Shown: piece by piece, positions 9,340 through 20,182 of the stretch
Position numbering within the stretch: position 1 is the stretch's first letter
Layout: the number at the start of each line of letters is the position of its first letter
DNA from: an uncultured Candidatus Peribacteria bacterium
Lineage (GTDB): Bacteria; Patescibacteriota; Gracilibacteria; Peribacterales; Peribacteraceae
DNA: 64,000 bases
Direction: 5' to 3'
Assembly: GCA_964611095.1 (NCBI GenBank)
Contig: CAZSWJ010000003.1
Span: 17,796 to 81,795, forward strand
Notes under the pieces: generated by a model
Database searches by the model: none
What the model was told of the DNA's origin: nothing
Seen by the model: only the letters and a program-made list of their open reading frames with translations
Translations under genes and position numbers: made by a program

Positions 9340-9397
9340 TCGCCGTACCAGAAAAACGCCCCGCAAGCAGGACGTCTTTCCTCAAAAAGGATGGCGA

Positions 9398-9475
9398 CTA
9401 TTTCCTTTTCTTTTTCGTCGCCTTCTTCTTCTTGGTCTTCGCCTTCGACTTCTTTGCTTTCTTGGCCTTAGCCAT
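9398..9475 (-). CDS. possible 25-aa lysine-rich peptide (MAKAKKAKKSKAKTKKKKATKKKRK)
   Basis: ATG..TAG ORF found by hand. It is preceded by the CU-rich leader style seen before other genes here and by a TACAAT box. No homology is recognised. Confidence 0.3.
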   Translation of the reverse strand: MAKAKKAKKSKAKTKKKKATKKKRK

Positions 9476-9512
9476 GAAGGGAATTGGAAGAAAATAAAAC
9501 TCCTTCTATTGT

Positions 9513-9549
9513 ATGCGGAGATCTCCGAATGAAAAGAAGATCTCCGCAT
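9513..9549. repeat. 12-bp perfect inverted repeat (ATGCGGAGATCT-n13-AGATCTCCGCAT)
   Basis: Read directly from the sequence. It lies 20 nt beyond the trpE-G stop, between convergent transcription units. Confidence 0.8.
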
Positions 9550-9568
9550 GTTCAAGCGCATGTGCACG

Positions 9569-11497
9569 TCACGAAATTTTTTCTGAATGCGGAATTTCGG
9601 CTTCGGCTAAACGAATAAGAGCATCGCGAAGAATTTTCAATCCGTCTTGCGACAGAACTGATTCTGGGTGGAATTGCACACTCGCAAATTTCTCTCCTCG
9701 CATCGCGAACACGTCGCGCGTGTTTTCGTCGGAAGAAATTTCCACTCCGTCGACATGGTGCGACTCCGCGGCGAACGTGTTGTAGAACCCGGCGTTCGTC
9801 TTCGTTCCGAAGTAGTCGATCGGCTTCTGAATGCCTTGGAGAGGAGCGTCCATTTTCCGCACCCGTAAGCCAAGATCTCGTGCCATGATCTGATGCCCGA
9901 GACACACGCCGAACATCGGTTTTTTCTTCGTGCGAAGATCTCTGACAATGTCCGAAAGCGCGCGCATTTTCGGATTTTTTTCGTCGTTCGGATCTCCGGG
10001 ACCCGGACCAATGATGACGATGTCCGAATCATCCGATGCGGAATCGAATTCGGAAAACGGAACGACATTCGCGTTCGCACCCATGCGAACGATCATGTGT
10101 TGAAGTGTCCGGCAAAAATCATCACCGTTGTCGATGACGGTGATTTTTTTATTCATCAGCTCCGGGACGGCGAGCATTTCGGCGTGCTGATCATGGAGTG
10201 CGAACGACGAGAGCGTATCGTTGCGTCGCTCCAGCGCTTCGTTGATTTCCGCATCGAACTGCGGCATTGCGGGTACGGACACGGAAGATCGTTTATTCGT
10301 CTCCGTGAAGGCTCCCAAAATACCGCGTTTTTTGGCTTGCTCTTCACGTGCTTCCGAGTCCGGATCGGATTCGGAAACGATGGTGGATCCTGAGCGCACC
10401 GTCACGGCACCGTCACTTGTGACTTCGGCCATGCGGATGGCGATTGCGCTATCGAGCTTCTCGCGCCCGGCGTAATCGCGACCCAGCATCATGAGCGCTC
10501 CACCGTAATAACCGCGTGATTCCGGTTCGTACTTTCGAATAACGCGACACGCGTTCCCGAGCGGTCCGCCGACGACCGTGGGTGCGAACATCGACATGCG
10601 GAACAAATCGATGGCGCGACTGCGCGAATGTCCGATGAGTTCGTACTCCGTGTGAATGAGCCGGAGCATTTCTTTGAGAAGCGGTCCGACGACGACTCCG
10701 CCTTCGTCGCACATGTCGGACATCATCTTCAGTTCTTCATCGAGCACGCGACACAGCTCCATCGTTTCTTTTTTGTCGCCGAGGAACTTCATGAGGTCGG
10801 TCCGGAACTGCTTCAGGAGCGTGCGTCCTTCCTTGCGGAACGTGCCGCTGATGGGGTTCATGGTCACGTGGCCGTTGCTGACGGTCAGGTGCCGCTCGGG
10901 CGAAGCGCCGACCAAGTAGCGCTCTCCGTCGTAATACAGGAAATGCATGTACGAACCGAATTCCGTTTCCAGCAGTTTTCGGAAAACGGAGAGAGCTTTG
11001 GCGCGTGACATGTCGTCGATGGCGAACCGTGCCGCATTGGCGACAACGAAGTTCGATCCTTCGCCGCGTCCGATTTCGTCACGCTGCACGCGCCGTACGA
11101 TGTCGGCATATTCCGCCGGTGAAAACGTGTGAGCCATCGGCGACGTTCGGATTTCTTCGGCAGGGAAAAGATCGAGTGCGACTTGCCTGGAAATCATGGA
11201 GCGTGTGTCCACCGAAAGGGTGGAGATACGCTCGCCTGCGGAGCGCGCAGAGAAGCCACGTTCGCGGATTTGATTGAAAGGAATGGCGCTGACGGTATCG
11301 ATGATTTCACCATCGGCTTTGCTCTGTGTTTCCGGAATGTCGGCGAGTAAATCATGAAATGACGATTGCCCGTGAAAAATATGAACGCGTCGACCGAGTT
11401 CGGAATGTTTTTGCCCGCGCGCTATGGCAAACGGTTCGGTGCCGTCGAACAAATGTTCGAGGCTGTCTTTTTGCTGTGATGAAAGTTGGGGAGTCAT
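9569..11497 (-). CDS. trpE: anthranilate synthase, fused component I / glutamine amidotransferase (TrpE-G; PhzE-like architecture)
   Basis: Chorismate-binding domain (RGYYGGALMMLG, AIAIRMAEV, RSGSTIVSESDPDSEAREEQAKK), then a class-I GATase (FGVCLGHQ, VQFHPES). ATG at 11497 chosen; the track start at 11518 is TTG. Confidence 0.85.
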   Translation of the reverse strand: MTPQLSSQQKDSLEHLFDGTEPFAIARGQKHSELGRRVHIFHGQSSFHDLLADIPETQSKADGEIIDTVSAIPFNQIRERGFSARSAGERISTLSVDTRSMISRQVALDLFPAEEIRTSPMAHTFSPAEYADIVRRVQRDEIGRGEGSNFVVANAARFAIDDMSRAKALSVFRKLLETEFGSYMHFLYYDGERYLVGASPERHLTVSNGHVTMNPISGTFRKEGRTLLKQFRTDLMKFLGDKKETMELCRVLDEELKMMSDMCDEGGVVVGPLLKEMLRLIHTEYELIGHSRSRAIDLFRMSMFAPTVVGGPLGNACRVIRKYEPESRGYYGGALMMLGRDYAGREKLDSAIAIRMAEVTSDGAVTVRSGSTIVSESDPDSEAREEQAKKRGILGAFTETNKRSSVSVPAMPQFDAEINEALERRNDTLSSFALHDQHAEMLAVPELMNKKITVIDNGDDFCRTLQHMIVRMGANANVVPFSEFDSASDDSDIVIIGPGPGDPNDEKNPKMRALSDIVRDLRTKKKPMFGVCLGHQIMARDLGLRVRKMDAPLQGIQKPIDYFGTKTNAGFYNTFAAESHHVDGVEISSDENTRDVFAMRGEKFASVQFHPESVLSQDGLKILRDALIRLAEAEIPHSEKIS

Positions 11498-11520
11498 GAT
11501 GGAAAAAAGGAAATACAAAT

Positions 11521-11551
11521 AAAAACGCCTCCGCTGATCTGCTGAGGACGT
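11521..11551 (-). terminator. attenuator terminator of the trp leader
   Basis: On the minus strand: ACGUCCUCAGC-AGAUCA-GCGGAGGCGU followed by UUUUUAUUU. It ends 23 nt before the trpE-G ATG. Confidence 0.6.
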
Positions 11552-11579
11552 AAGGGTTGGTTGAGTGAGATGTGTAGGC

Positions 11580-11642
11580 TTAACGCCAGCAGGACAGCGA
11601 TGAAGAGCGCTGCTGCCACCAGGTCTGCCTGCGGAGAGTCAT
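11580..11642 (-). CDS. trpL: trp leader peptide MTLRRQTWWQQRSSSLSCWR (tandem Trp codons)
   Basis: Hand-translated: atg act ctc cgc agg cag acc TGG TGG cag cag cgc tct tca tcg ctg tcc tgc TGG cgt taa. It lies between a promoter-like site and a terminator, upstream of anthranilate synthase. Confidence 0.75.
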   Translation of the reverse strand: MTLRRQTWWQQRSSSLSCWR

Positions 11643-11657
11643 GGATGACACGAGGCC

Positions 11658-11686
11658 AGGATACGAGGCTCAAAGAGCAAGATCAA
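11658..11686 (-). promoter_or_regulatory. sigma70-like promoter of the trp leader (TTGATC-17-TATCCT)
   Basis: Minus strand: TTGATCttgctctttgagcctcgTATCCT, 15 nt upstream of the leader ATG. Confidence 0.45.
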
Positions 11687-11749
11687 GCGAATGACGGACG
11701 TTTTTTGATGACCCGAACGAATGTCGCCCATGCTCCGTCTTTTTTTGTT

Positions 11750-12445
11750 ATGGTGACGGCGTTTATGCACGCCGACTCCGACATGCTGCAAGACCAGGTT
11801 CCGGGAAAGGCCGGCGGCTGGGACGACGTATGGAAAAAGCAACGTCGCAACAATGCCTACGTCCGCCTCGGGAGACGATTGTACAATGCCCTGTTTTTCC
11901 GCACTCTGAAGCCGTTCTTGGGATCCGATGTTCGCTTCGTGGAACTGGGATGCGGCACGGCGAGTCTGGGCAGAGAAATCGCGAAGAGGACAAAGCATTA
12001 CGTCGGCATCGATGCTTCCGCAGGCGCGATCACGGAAGCGCGACTCAGGGCGGCCGGAACAAACATGACGTTCATCGAAGCCGACATTTACGATGCCGAC
12101 GAGCGGCTCCCGCTCGAGCAAGCCGATGTCGTGTGGTCGCAGGGACTCGTGGAACATTTTCGCGATCCGGCACACGTCATCCGCAGACACCTGCAATTTT
12201 GCGCGCCCGGTGGAACGGTGATCTTTTCGGTGCCGTCCCGCATCTCATACTTCCACGCATGGTATCTGCTCACCAGGCTCCCGGGCATGAAACGGTTCTG
12301 GCCGTGGACCGAGCAAGGTTTCTACGGACCGAAAGAACTGCTCGCGTTCGTGGAATCGATCCATGATATTCCGATGAAATCGTACGAGGCTCGGATGCTC
12401 AGTCCTTGGTTCGCCGGCATTTCGCTTGTGACCATTCGACGCTGA
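11750..12445 (+). CDS. class I SAM-dependent methyltransferase
   Basis: Motif I VELGCGTASLG, DVVWSQGLVEHF, GGTVIFSV. The start is uncertain (ATG 11708 or 11750). The track start 11561 would overlap the trp leader region. Confidence 0.7.
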   Translation: MVTAFMHADSDMLQDQVPGKAGGWDDVWKKQRRNNAYVRLGRRLYNALFFRTLKPFLGSDVRFVELGCGTASLGREIAKRTKHYVGIDASAGAITEARLRAAGTNMTFIEADIYDADERLPLEQADVVWSQGLVEHFRDPAHVIRRHLQFCAPGGTVIFSVPSRISYFHAWYLLTRLPGMKRFWPWTEQGFYGPKELLAFVESIHDIPMKSYEARMLSPWFAGISLVTIRR

Positions 12446-12462
12446 AGCGGTACCATAAAGGC

Positions 12463-13113
12463 ATGGCCGTCTCCCACAACCCCGACGAACGCACCGCTCT
12501 CACTCCCAAGCGCATCGAAGCGCTCCACGACGGCGTCTTCGCCATCGTCATGACGCTCTTGGTGCTCGAGATGCACATTCCCGACGTGACGACGCACGCC
12601 GACTTGAATGCGGCACTGTGGCACCAAGTTCCTCTTTTCCTGACGTACGTCGTGACATTCATCAACCTGGGCATTTACTGGGTGGGACAACAGATTCAGT
12701 TTCACTACATCGACCGAAGCGACCGCGTCTTTTCGTGGATTCACATTTTCTTCCTGATGATGGTGTCCCTGCTCCCCTTCACGAGTGCGCTGCTCGGCCG
12801 TTATCCGAACGATCAGATGGCGGCGATCATCTACGGCATCAACCTCATCGTCATCGGCGTGATTTCCTGCTGGAGCTGGACGTACGCCACGTTCCACCAT
12901 CGCTTGAGCGTGCACACCGTCACGGACAAACTGCGTCACAAAGTGCAGCTGCGAATCCTCGTGGCACCCGTCGCGGCGCTCGTCGCCATCGGACTCTCCT
13001 TCTATTCGATGAACCTGAGCCTGCTCTGCTACCTCATCATTCTCCCGTACTACATCATCCCCGGTCGCATCGACAGCGTGTGGCGACAGGCCGCCGTACC
13101 GCACGAACATTAA
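12463..13113 (+). CDS. TMEM175-family (DUF1211) potassium channel
   Basis: RIEALHDGVFAIVMTLLVLE first-helix signature, 6 TM helices. ATG at 12463 follows the upstream stop. Confidence 0.75.
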   Translation: MAVSHNPDERTALTPKRIEALHDGVFAIVMTLLVLEMHIPDVTTHADLNAALWHQVPLFLTYVVTFINLGIYWVGQQIQFHYIDRSDRVFSWIHIFFLMMVSLLPFTSALLGRYPNDQMAAIIYGINLIVIGVISCWSWTYATFHHRLSVHTVTDKLRHKVQLRILVAPVAALVAIGLSFYSMNLSLLCYLIILPYYIIPGRIDSVWRQAAVPHEH

Positions 13114-14174
13114 GCGGCATCCGCCGGAGGAAGGACGAGGAAGCTCACGAGCGTTCCCACGATGCCCGTCATCACGATGAGTCCGGCCCACAGGTGCACC
13201 GTCCACCACATGCCGCTTTGAACGTGAATCGTGAGGAAGTATCCCGTGAAGAGCACCGCCGGAATGAGGAAGCTCGCGATGCGGACTTCTTTGCGATGAC
13301 GCTCAAGCGGATGCATGCGCTGCGCCAAGGCATCGGCGACGATGCCCGCGACGAACGCGGCGGGAAGCAGGGACAGACCGTCACGCATCACCCCCATGGC
13401 GTACATCGTCGTAAGGAAGACGAACGTGAGTCCGCCCGTAGCGAGCCTTCCGCGACGAAGTACGAGGAGGACAGCACCCATGAGAATGGCAGTGGAGAGG
13501 AGCGCTCCGCTGATGCTGATATTTTGCGACATGTCGGCGATGACGGGATCATCCCAACCGGCTCCACCCGCGCGCATACTGACGAAGTGCGAGAACTGCG
13601 TCATGAACCAGATGAGCGCGATGGTGAAGGACAGCGACAGAAGCATCGACAGCTGTTTGCGAAAACTCGGCACTCCGAGCGGCGGGATCGCAAGGAACCA
13701 CACGCGAAGTCCGCTCGTGACCATAAGGAAGAGCGCCGTTGCGAGGACCAAATGCGTGGGGCTGAGAAGCGCTTCGATATCGGCCTCCACGCCGAAGATC
13801 TGGTGCCAGGTCATATCGCCGATGCCTCCGAGTGCAAAGAGTGCGACGCCGAGCAGTGCCGGGGCGTATCCGTGCGGAATGGCGGACGAGAACGAGGAAC
13901 CCATGATTTTTTTGCGACGAAGCACGATGCCGAGCAACGTGAGCGCCGTGAGCGCATAACCGGAATAAAACACGGCGTGCCACGGTGTGAAAAACGTCTC
14001 GAGTTCCGGGATGTGATTGTGTGCCCAACCGTCCATGAAAAGCCCCGTCATAAAGACAAGAAGCGCCGCAGACAGAAGCCATTCTTCGCGTTCCGTCGGA
14101 AGCCGCGCCGCGGCATCATCGGCTTTCTCCCGATGTTGATGATGAAGCGAGCGAAGTTTGAGTGAAAACGACAT
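13110..14174 (-). CDS. hypothetical polytopic membrane protein
   Basis: 354 aa with about 9 hydrophobic helices (FMDGWAHNH, GDMTWHQIFG). No family recognised. Confidence 0.6.
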   Translation of the reverse strand: MSFSLKLRSLHHQHREKADDAAARLPTEREEWLLSAALLVFMTGLFMDGWAHNHIPELETFFTPWHAVFYSGYALTALTLLGIVLRRKKIMGSSFSSAIPHGYAPALLGVALFALGGIGDMTWHQIFGVEADIEALLSPTHLVLATALFLMVTSGLRVWFLAIPPLGVPSFRKQLSMLLSLSFTIALIWFMTQFSHFVSMRAGGAGWDDPVIADMSQNISISGALLSTAILMGAVLLVLRRGRLATGGLTFVFLTTMYAMGVMRDGLSLLPAAFVAGIVADALAQRMHPLERHRKEVRIASFLIPAVLFTGYFLTIHVQSGMWWTVHLWAGLIVMTGIVGTLVSFLVLPPADAA

Positions 14175-14373
14175 GTGAAAGAATCATACTCAGCACACTT
14201 CGATTGAACAGAAAGAATTGTGTACAAGTCGAGGTTTTGCCTGGTGAGTGATCAAATTTTTTAGAATACAAAAAACCTATTTTGCAAGAGCTGAGCCCGA
14301 CCCCTGGCTTGCCTGTGCTCTGAGTGAGCGTCCATGATAGCTCGCGATTTTCAGCCTCCTTTCCCCTTTCCGT

Positions 14374-16443
<2,070 letters not shown>

Positions 16444-16446
16444 AAA

Positions 16447-16513
16447 GCGGCTGGCGGGTAGCGAGTAGAGAGCATGTGCTTTTCTATCCGCTACCCGCTA
16501 CTCGCTCACCGCC
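16447..16513. repeat. heptamer-array palindromic element, copy 1 (GGGTAGC-type)
   Basis: Left arm ...GGCGGGTAGCGAGTAGAG, right arm CCGCTACCCGCTACTCGCTCACCGCC. Starts 4 nt after the hppA stop. Confidence 0.75.
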
Positions 16514-16568
16514 ATCAAGAACACAACGGATTCTGTGCCTGAACGGTTTCTTTCGTTATAATCCCATC

Positions 16569-17966
16569 ATGCGACGCACCGTTTCCGTCGGCCTTTTTCT
16601 GTCTTTGGCACTCGCCTTGTATCCGAGCGCGCTGCTGGCACAGCAAGCTCCAAACTACGACGAAGCCACGCTCACATCGCTCTACACCGCGTTCTTGAAG
16701 AAGAATTCCTCCGACACGTACCTGGAAAAACGCATCGCCGACGAGCGCGCCCGCATCCGCACCATCGCCGACAAAGAAGTGAAAGCACTCGTGGACCAGA
16801 GCGACAAAGACGATCAGGCGCTCGACGCCGTTGCGCTGCCCAAAGCGCTGGATCGTCAGCGCGCCATCGTCCAGCAACTGGAAGAGCAGCGCCGCAACCG
16901 CGCCGTGGACGTGGACCTGCTGTCCGAAGAGGAAAAGAAGTTTTACCTCTCTGATGCCGCCGACACCGAAGCGGACGTCTTGCGCCTCACCAAGACGCAC
17001 GGCGAACTCCTGGCCAAGAAAGCGATCTTGGAGGAGCGCATCGCCGCACTCGATGCGGGACTCGCGCTCCAAAACGACCGCCTCAGCAAACTGAATCGCG
17101 AACAGTGGATCGATCAGTTCTCGTCGCTCTTCGGCTTCGGCAGCTACGTGCTCATCATTCTCGGCGCCATCCTGCTGGATCGCTTGATCCGAAGGCGTAT
17201 CGCCAAACGACTCCAGGCCAAAGGCGGTCGTTACATCATTTCCAAAATCGTCACCGCGATCATTTACGTGACGACCGCGCTGTGGATTTTCAGCAAACTG
17301 ATCTCCGATCATCCGGGTGCGCTGGCTTCCCTCGCCATCGTGGGTGCCGGTATCGCCGTCGCGCTCCAGGACGTGGTGAAGGACATCATGGGCTGGATCA
17401 TCATCTGGCAGCGCAGGCTCTTCACGCTCGGCGACCGCGCATCCATCGGCAAGTACACGGGCGACATCATCGATATCGGCCCCTTACGGACCACGATGCT
17501 CGAAGTGAGCACCGACGGTGCGTTCAACGCGCACGAGCGCACGGGCAAGACGCTCTACGTTCCGAACTCGATGGTGCTCCGCGAATCGATCTTGAACTAC
17601 AACACGACATCGGACTTCATGAGCGTGGAAATGCAGGTCACCGTGACGTACGGCAGCGACTGGAAGAAGGCCGAAGCCATCATCCATGAAGCGCTCGTCA
17701 CGGAAACGGGATCCTTCGTGGAGCAAGCGCAGGCACAGCAACGCAGGCGCACGGCGCTCTTCTACACCATGTGGGAAGTGGGCGAACCCGAAGTGCACAC
17801 GGATATCGCCAGCAGCGGCGTGCTCTTCACGCTCAAGTTCACGGTTCCCATCGGCAGGCGCCGCATCGTCATCACCAAACTCTCCAAAATGATCCTCGAC
17901 CAGTTCAAAGCAGCGGGCATCGAGCTCGCGTACAACACGGTGCAGGTGGTGGGTGGACTTCGGTAG
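16569..17966 (+). CDS. mechanosensitive (MscS-family) channel with N-terminal signal peptide and coiled coil
   Basis: LFTLGDRASIGKYTGDIIDIGPLRTTMLEV...LYVPNSMVL core, three TM helices before it. ATG at 16569 (MRRTVSVGLFL). Confidence 0.8.
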   Translation: MRRTVSVGLFLSLALALYPSALLAQQAPNYDEATLTSLYTAFLKKNSSDTYLEKRIADERARIRTIADKEVKALVDQSDKDDQALDAVALPKALDRQRAIVQQLEEQRRNRAVDVDLLSEEEKKFYLSDAADTEADVLRLTKTHGELLAKKAILEERIAALDAGLALQNDRLSKLNREQWIDQFSSLFGFGSYVLIILGAILLDRLIRRRIAKRLQAKGGRYIISKIVTAIIYVTTALWIFSKLISDHPGALASLAIVGAGIAVALQDVVKDIMGWIIIWQRRLFTLGDRASIGKYTGDIIDIGPLRTTMLEVSTDGAFNAHERTGKTLYVPNSMVLRESILNYNTTSDFMSVEMQVTVTYGSDWKKAEAIIHEALVTETGSFVEQAQAQQRRRTALFYTMWEVGEPEVHTDIASSGVLFTLKFTVPIGRRRIVITKLSKMILDQFKAAGIELAYNTVQVVGGLR

Positions 17967-18161
17967 GGAACCAAGGATATTCAGTACTCCGTGCCACGCG
18001 TAAAAAGAACGGCTTTTTTGGCTTTCGGCGGAGGAAAAGATGGTCCGATCAAAAATCGCGGCGAGCGACCGCATACCAAAAAAAATCGGCGAATTTACGA
18101 TGCCTGCAGTGCGCATCGTCGTGATGCGTACGCTCATTGTCTTCACAGCAGGAGAACGATC

Positions 18162-18635
18162 ATGTTTGGTTTCCTCCGTCGGAAGAAGCCCGAAGAGAAG
18201 ATTCGCGAACTGGACCTGGGCTTTGCCCTGTCCAAGCTCACGGATCCGAATGGCACGCTGTGCTGGTCCCGGGAACGCGCGGAAATGGCGATCGAGGAGT
18301 ACAGGGCTTTCCTGACTCGCAACGTCCCATCGAATCGCGGTCCTCAGCGGCTCACCCGCGATGCGGATGAGGTGTGGCACATCCACATTCTCAATACCGC
18401 TCGGTACCGGCACGACTGCTACGACATCTTCGGCTACTTCCTGGACCACGTTCCCGGTTCGTCCGATCGCAAGCTCGCTACATGCGAGTCACCCGCCTCA
18501 CGCGATCTCGCCACATGCGGCGAGTCGCCGGCAGCGATCACGGCGACGTGCGAATCTCCGGTCCCCGTTCTGTCGACGTGTGAATCACCCTACCCTCCGT
18601 TGCCGCTCGACCTCATGGCCGCGCGGGGCTGGTAG
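18162..18635 (+). CDS. hypothetical protein, DUF1399-like N-terminus (EVWHIHILNTARYRHDC) and C-terminal (A/S)TCESP repeats
   Basis: ATG at 18162 preceded by AGGAG. Four repeats: ATCESP, ATCGESP, ATCESP, STCESP. Confidence 0.6.
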   Translation: MFGFLRRKKPEEKIRELDLGFALSKLTDPNGTLCWSRERAEMAIEEYRAFLTRNVPSNRGPQRLTRDADEVWHIHILNTARYRHDCYDIFGYFLDHVPGSSDRKLATCESPASRDLATCGESPAAITATCESPVPVLSTCESPYPPLPLDLMAARGW

Positions 18636-18669
18636 GCCACTTCCCGTCACTGAACGTCTGTGTCGATTC

Positions 18670-18701
18670 GGCCCCCCTCGTCTATCATGGCGAGGGGGGC
18701 C
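18670..18701 (+). terminator. 11-bp perfect GC hairpin
   Basis: GGCCCCCCTCG-n10-CGAGGGGGGCC, 35 nt after the stop at 18635. Weak T tract. Confidence 0.5.
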
Positions 18702-18718
18702 ACACTTTCTCACGTTCC

Positions 18719-19237
18719 ATGCGCATACGAACTGCCCGTTGCATCCTGCGGCCCGTCCGACTCGCTGATGCAGATATTCTGCATTCTGCGATGCTCCATT
18801 CGAATTTTTCGAAAGGCCTGCGACGGAAAAGGGCTTTGACGACGGTCGATGCGATTCGCAGGCATACGAAGAAACATGCACGAAAAGATTCCTACTTTTG
18901 CAGCATTGTTCTGGCAAAAAGCAAAAGATGCATCGGGCGCATCGGCATAAGCAAGCGACGCGGCGACTCATGGCACCTCGCATATTGGTTGCACCCCGAT
19001 GAGCAACAACGCGGATATATGCGCGAATGCATCGATGGGTATCTGCGACGAATTTTCAGAACGACGGACATCGAAGCCATTTTTGCCGACTGTCATGTCT
19101 GGAATGCAGCCAGTCGACGCTTGCTCGAAAGGCACATGAAGAAAATACGCACCACAAAGACTCACCTCTATTTTAAGTCCGAAAGAACGACGACTCTCAG
19201 GTCGGCAGCTCGGCTGTCCGTTGACTCGGCTCAATGA
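18719..19237 (+). CDS. GNAT family N-acetyltransferase (RimJ/RimL-like)
   Basis: MRIRTARCILRPVRLADADIL N-terminus typical of the family, RGYMRECIDGYL. The 3' end overlaps convergent polX by 41 nt. Confidence 0.65.
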   Translation: MRIRTARCILRPVRLADADILHSAMLHSNFSKGLRRKRALTTVDAIRRHTKKHARKDSYFCSIVLAKSKRCIGRIGISKRRGDSWHLAYWLHPDEQQRGYMRECIDGYLRRIFRTTDIEAIFADCHVWNAASRRLLERHMKKIRTTKTHLYFKSERTTTLRSAARLSVDSAQ

Positions 19238-20162
19238 ACGGCAACGCAAGTGCCTTGTAGATGTCCTGCTCCGTTTTTGACGCCACCACCTTGTCATTCT
19301 TGAAGAGCGCGTACTCGGAGAGCTTCATGCCGCGGTCGATGGCGCGGCGCCGAAGCGAAATGTTGTGCTCCTTGCTGCCCGTGAAGTAGAGGAGCGCGCT
19401 GCCCCACTGCTTCTCTTCCACGATGCGGATGTCGGTGCGCAGACCGGACTTCAGGTCGAACGCGATGCGCGTGGGGCCCGATGCCACGATGCGCTCCACG
19501 ATGGGAAGTTTGGCGATGGCCTTGTGGATGGACTCGGCGAGTTCGGCGGACGCTTTTTTGACCGCAATGAGGACATCGACGTCGCCGACGGTTTCTTTCC
19601 TGCGACGGAACGAACCCGCGGCTTCCACGTGAATGGCTCCTTTGATTTTCCCGAGAGTCGTAACCAGAACGTTCACGTCGGGCTCCACGTCCTTGAGATT
19701 GAAACGCTTCGATCTCTCCCCCGAACGCTTGGCACTCTCCAAGATTTTCTTTTCCAGGGTTTCCGAAAACCGCGGCAGATCCCTGAGCTTTCCTTTCTCC
19801 GCGGCTTCGATGAGCTGCGGCACGGTGAGGATGCCGAGTTTCTCAAGCTCCCGCACGCGCTTGGGGCCGAGGTCGTCGACGGCGAGCAGTCCCGCGGCGC
19901 CCATCTGCGTTTCGGCTTTGAGCGCATCGAGGAAACTCATGCGGCCCGTCTTGAAGTACTCCAAAATTTTCTCGGCGATGGCATCGCCGACGCCGGGAAG
20001 TTCCTTGAGCGCCTTCTTGTCTTTGAACGAGGCAATGTCGGTACTCAAATCTTCGATCGTCTGCGCGGCACGACGATATGCGGCGGGCTTGAACTGGACT
20101 CCCTGGTAATCGAGAATGTCTGCGATCTGCCGGAGAAGCGCCGCAACGGCCGCATTTTCCAT
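19197..20162 (-). CDS. polX: DNA polymerase family X (Pol beta-like core, no PHP domain)
   Basis: HhH LKELPGVGDAIAEKI, catalytic GSFRRRKETVGDVDVLI, ALLYFTGSKEHN. ATG at 20162 (MENAAVAALLRQIADIL); the track ORF extends further upstream without support. Confidence 0.85.
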   Translation of the reverse strand: MENAAVAALLRQIADILDYQGVQFKPAAYRRAAQTIEDLSTDIASFKDKKALKELPGVGDAIAEKILEYFKTGRMSFLDALKAETQMGAAGLLAVDDLGPKRVRELEKLGILTVPQLIEAAEKGKLRDLPRFSETLEKKILESAKRSGERSKRFNLKDVEPDVNVLVTTLGKIKGAIHVEAAGSFRRRKETVGDVDVLIAVKKASAELAESIHKAIAKLPIVERIVASGPTRIAFDLKSGLRTDIRIVEEKQWGSALLYFTGSKEHNISLRRRAIDRGMKLSEYALFKNDKVVASKTEQDIYKALALPFIEPSQRTAELPT

Positions 20163-20182
20163 ATCGCTGATGATATCACGCC

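Noticed and set aside
11520-11720. T-box leader or SRP-RNA-like element (UGGUGGCAGCAGCG resembles the GGUGGNACCGCG T-box core; CCAGGUC resembles the SRP motif)
   Set aside because: The matches are partial, and stem I/specifier features are not evident. The UGGUGG is better explained as tandem Trp codons of a short translated leader with its own ATG, stop, promoter and terminator.
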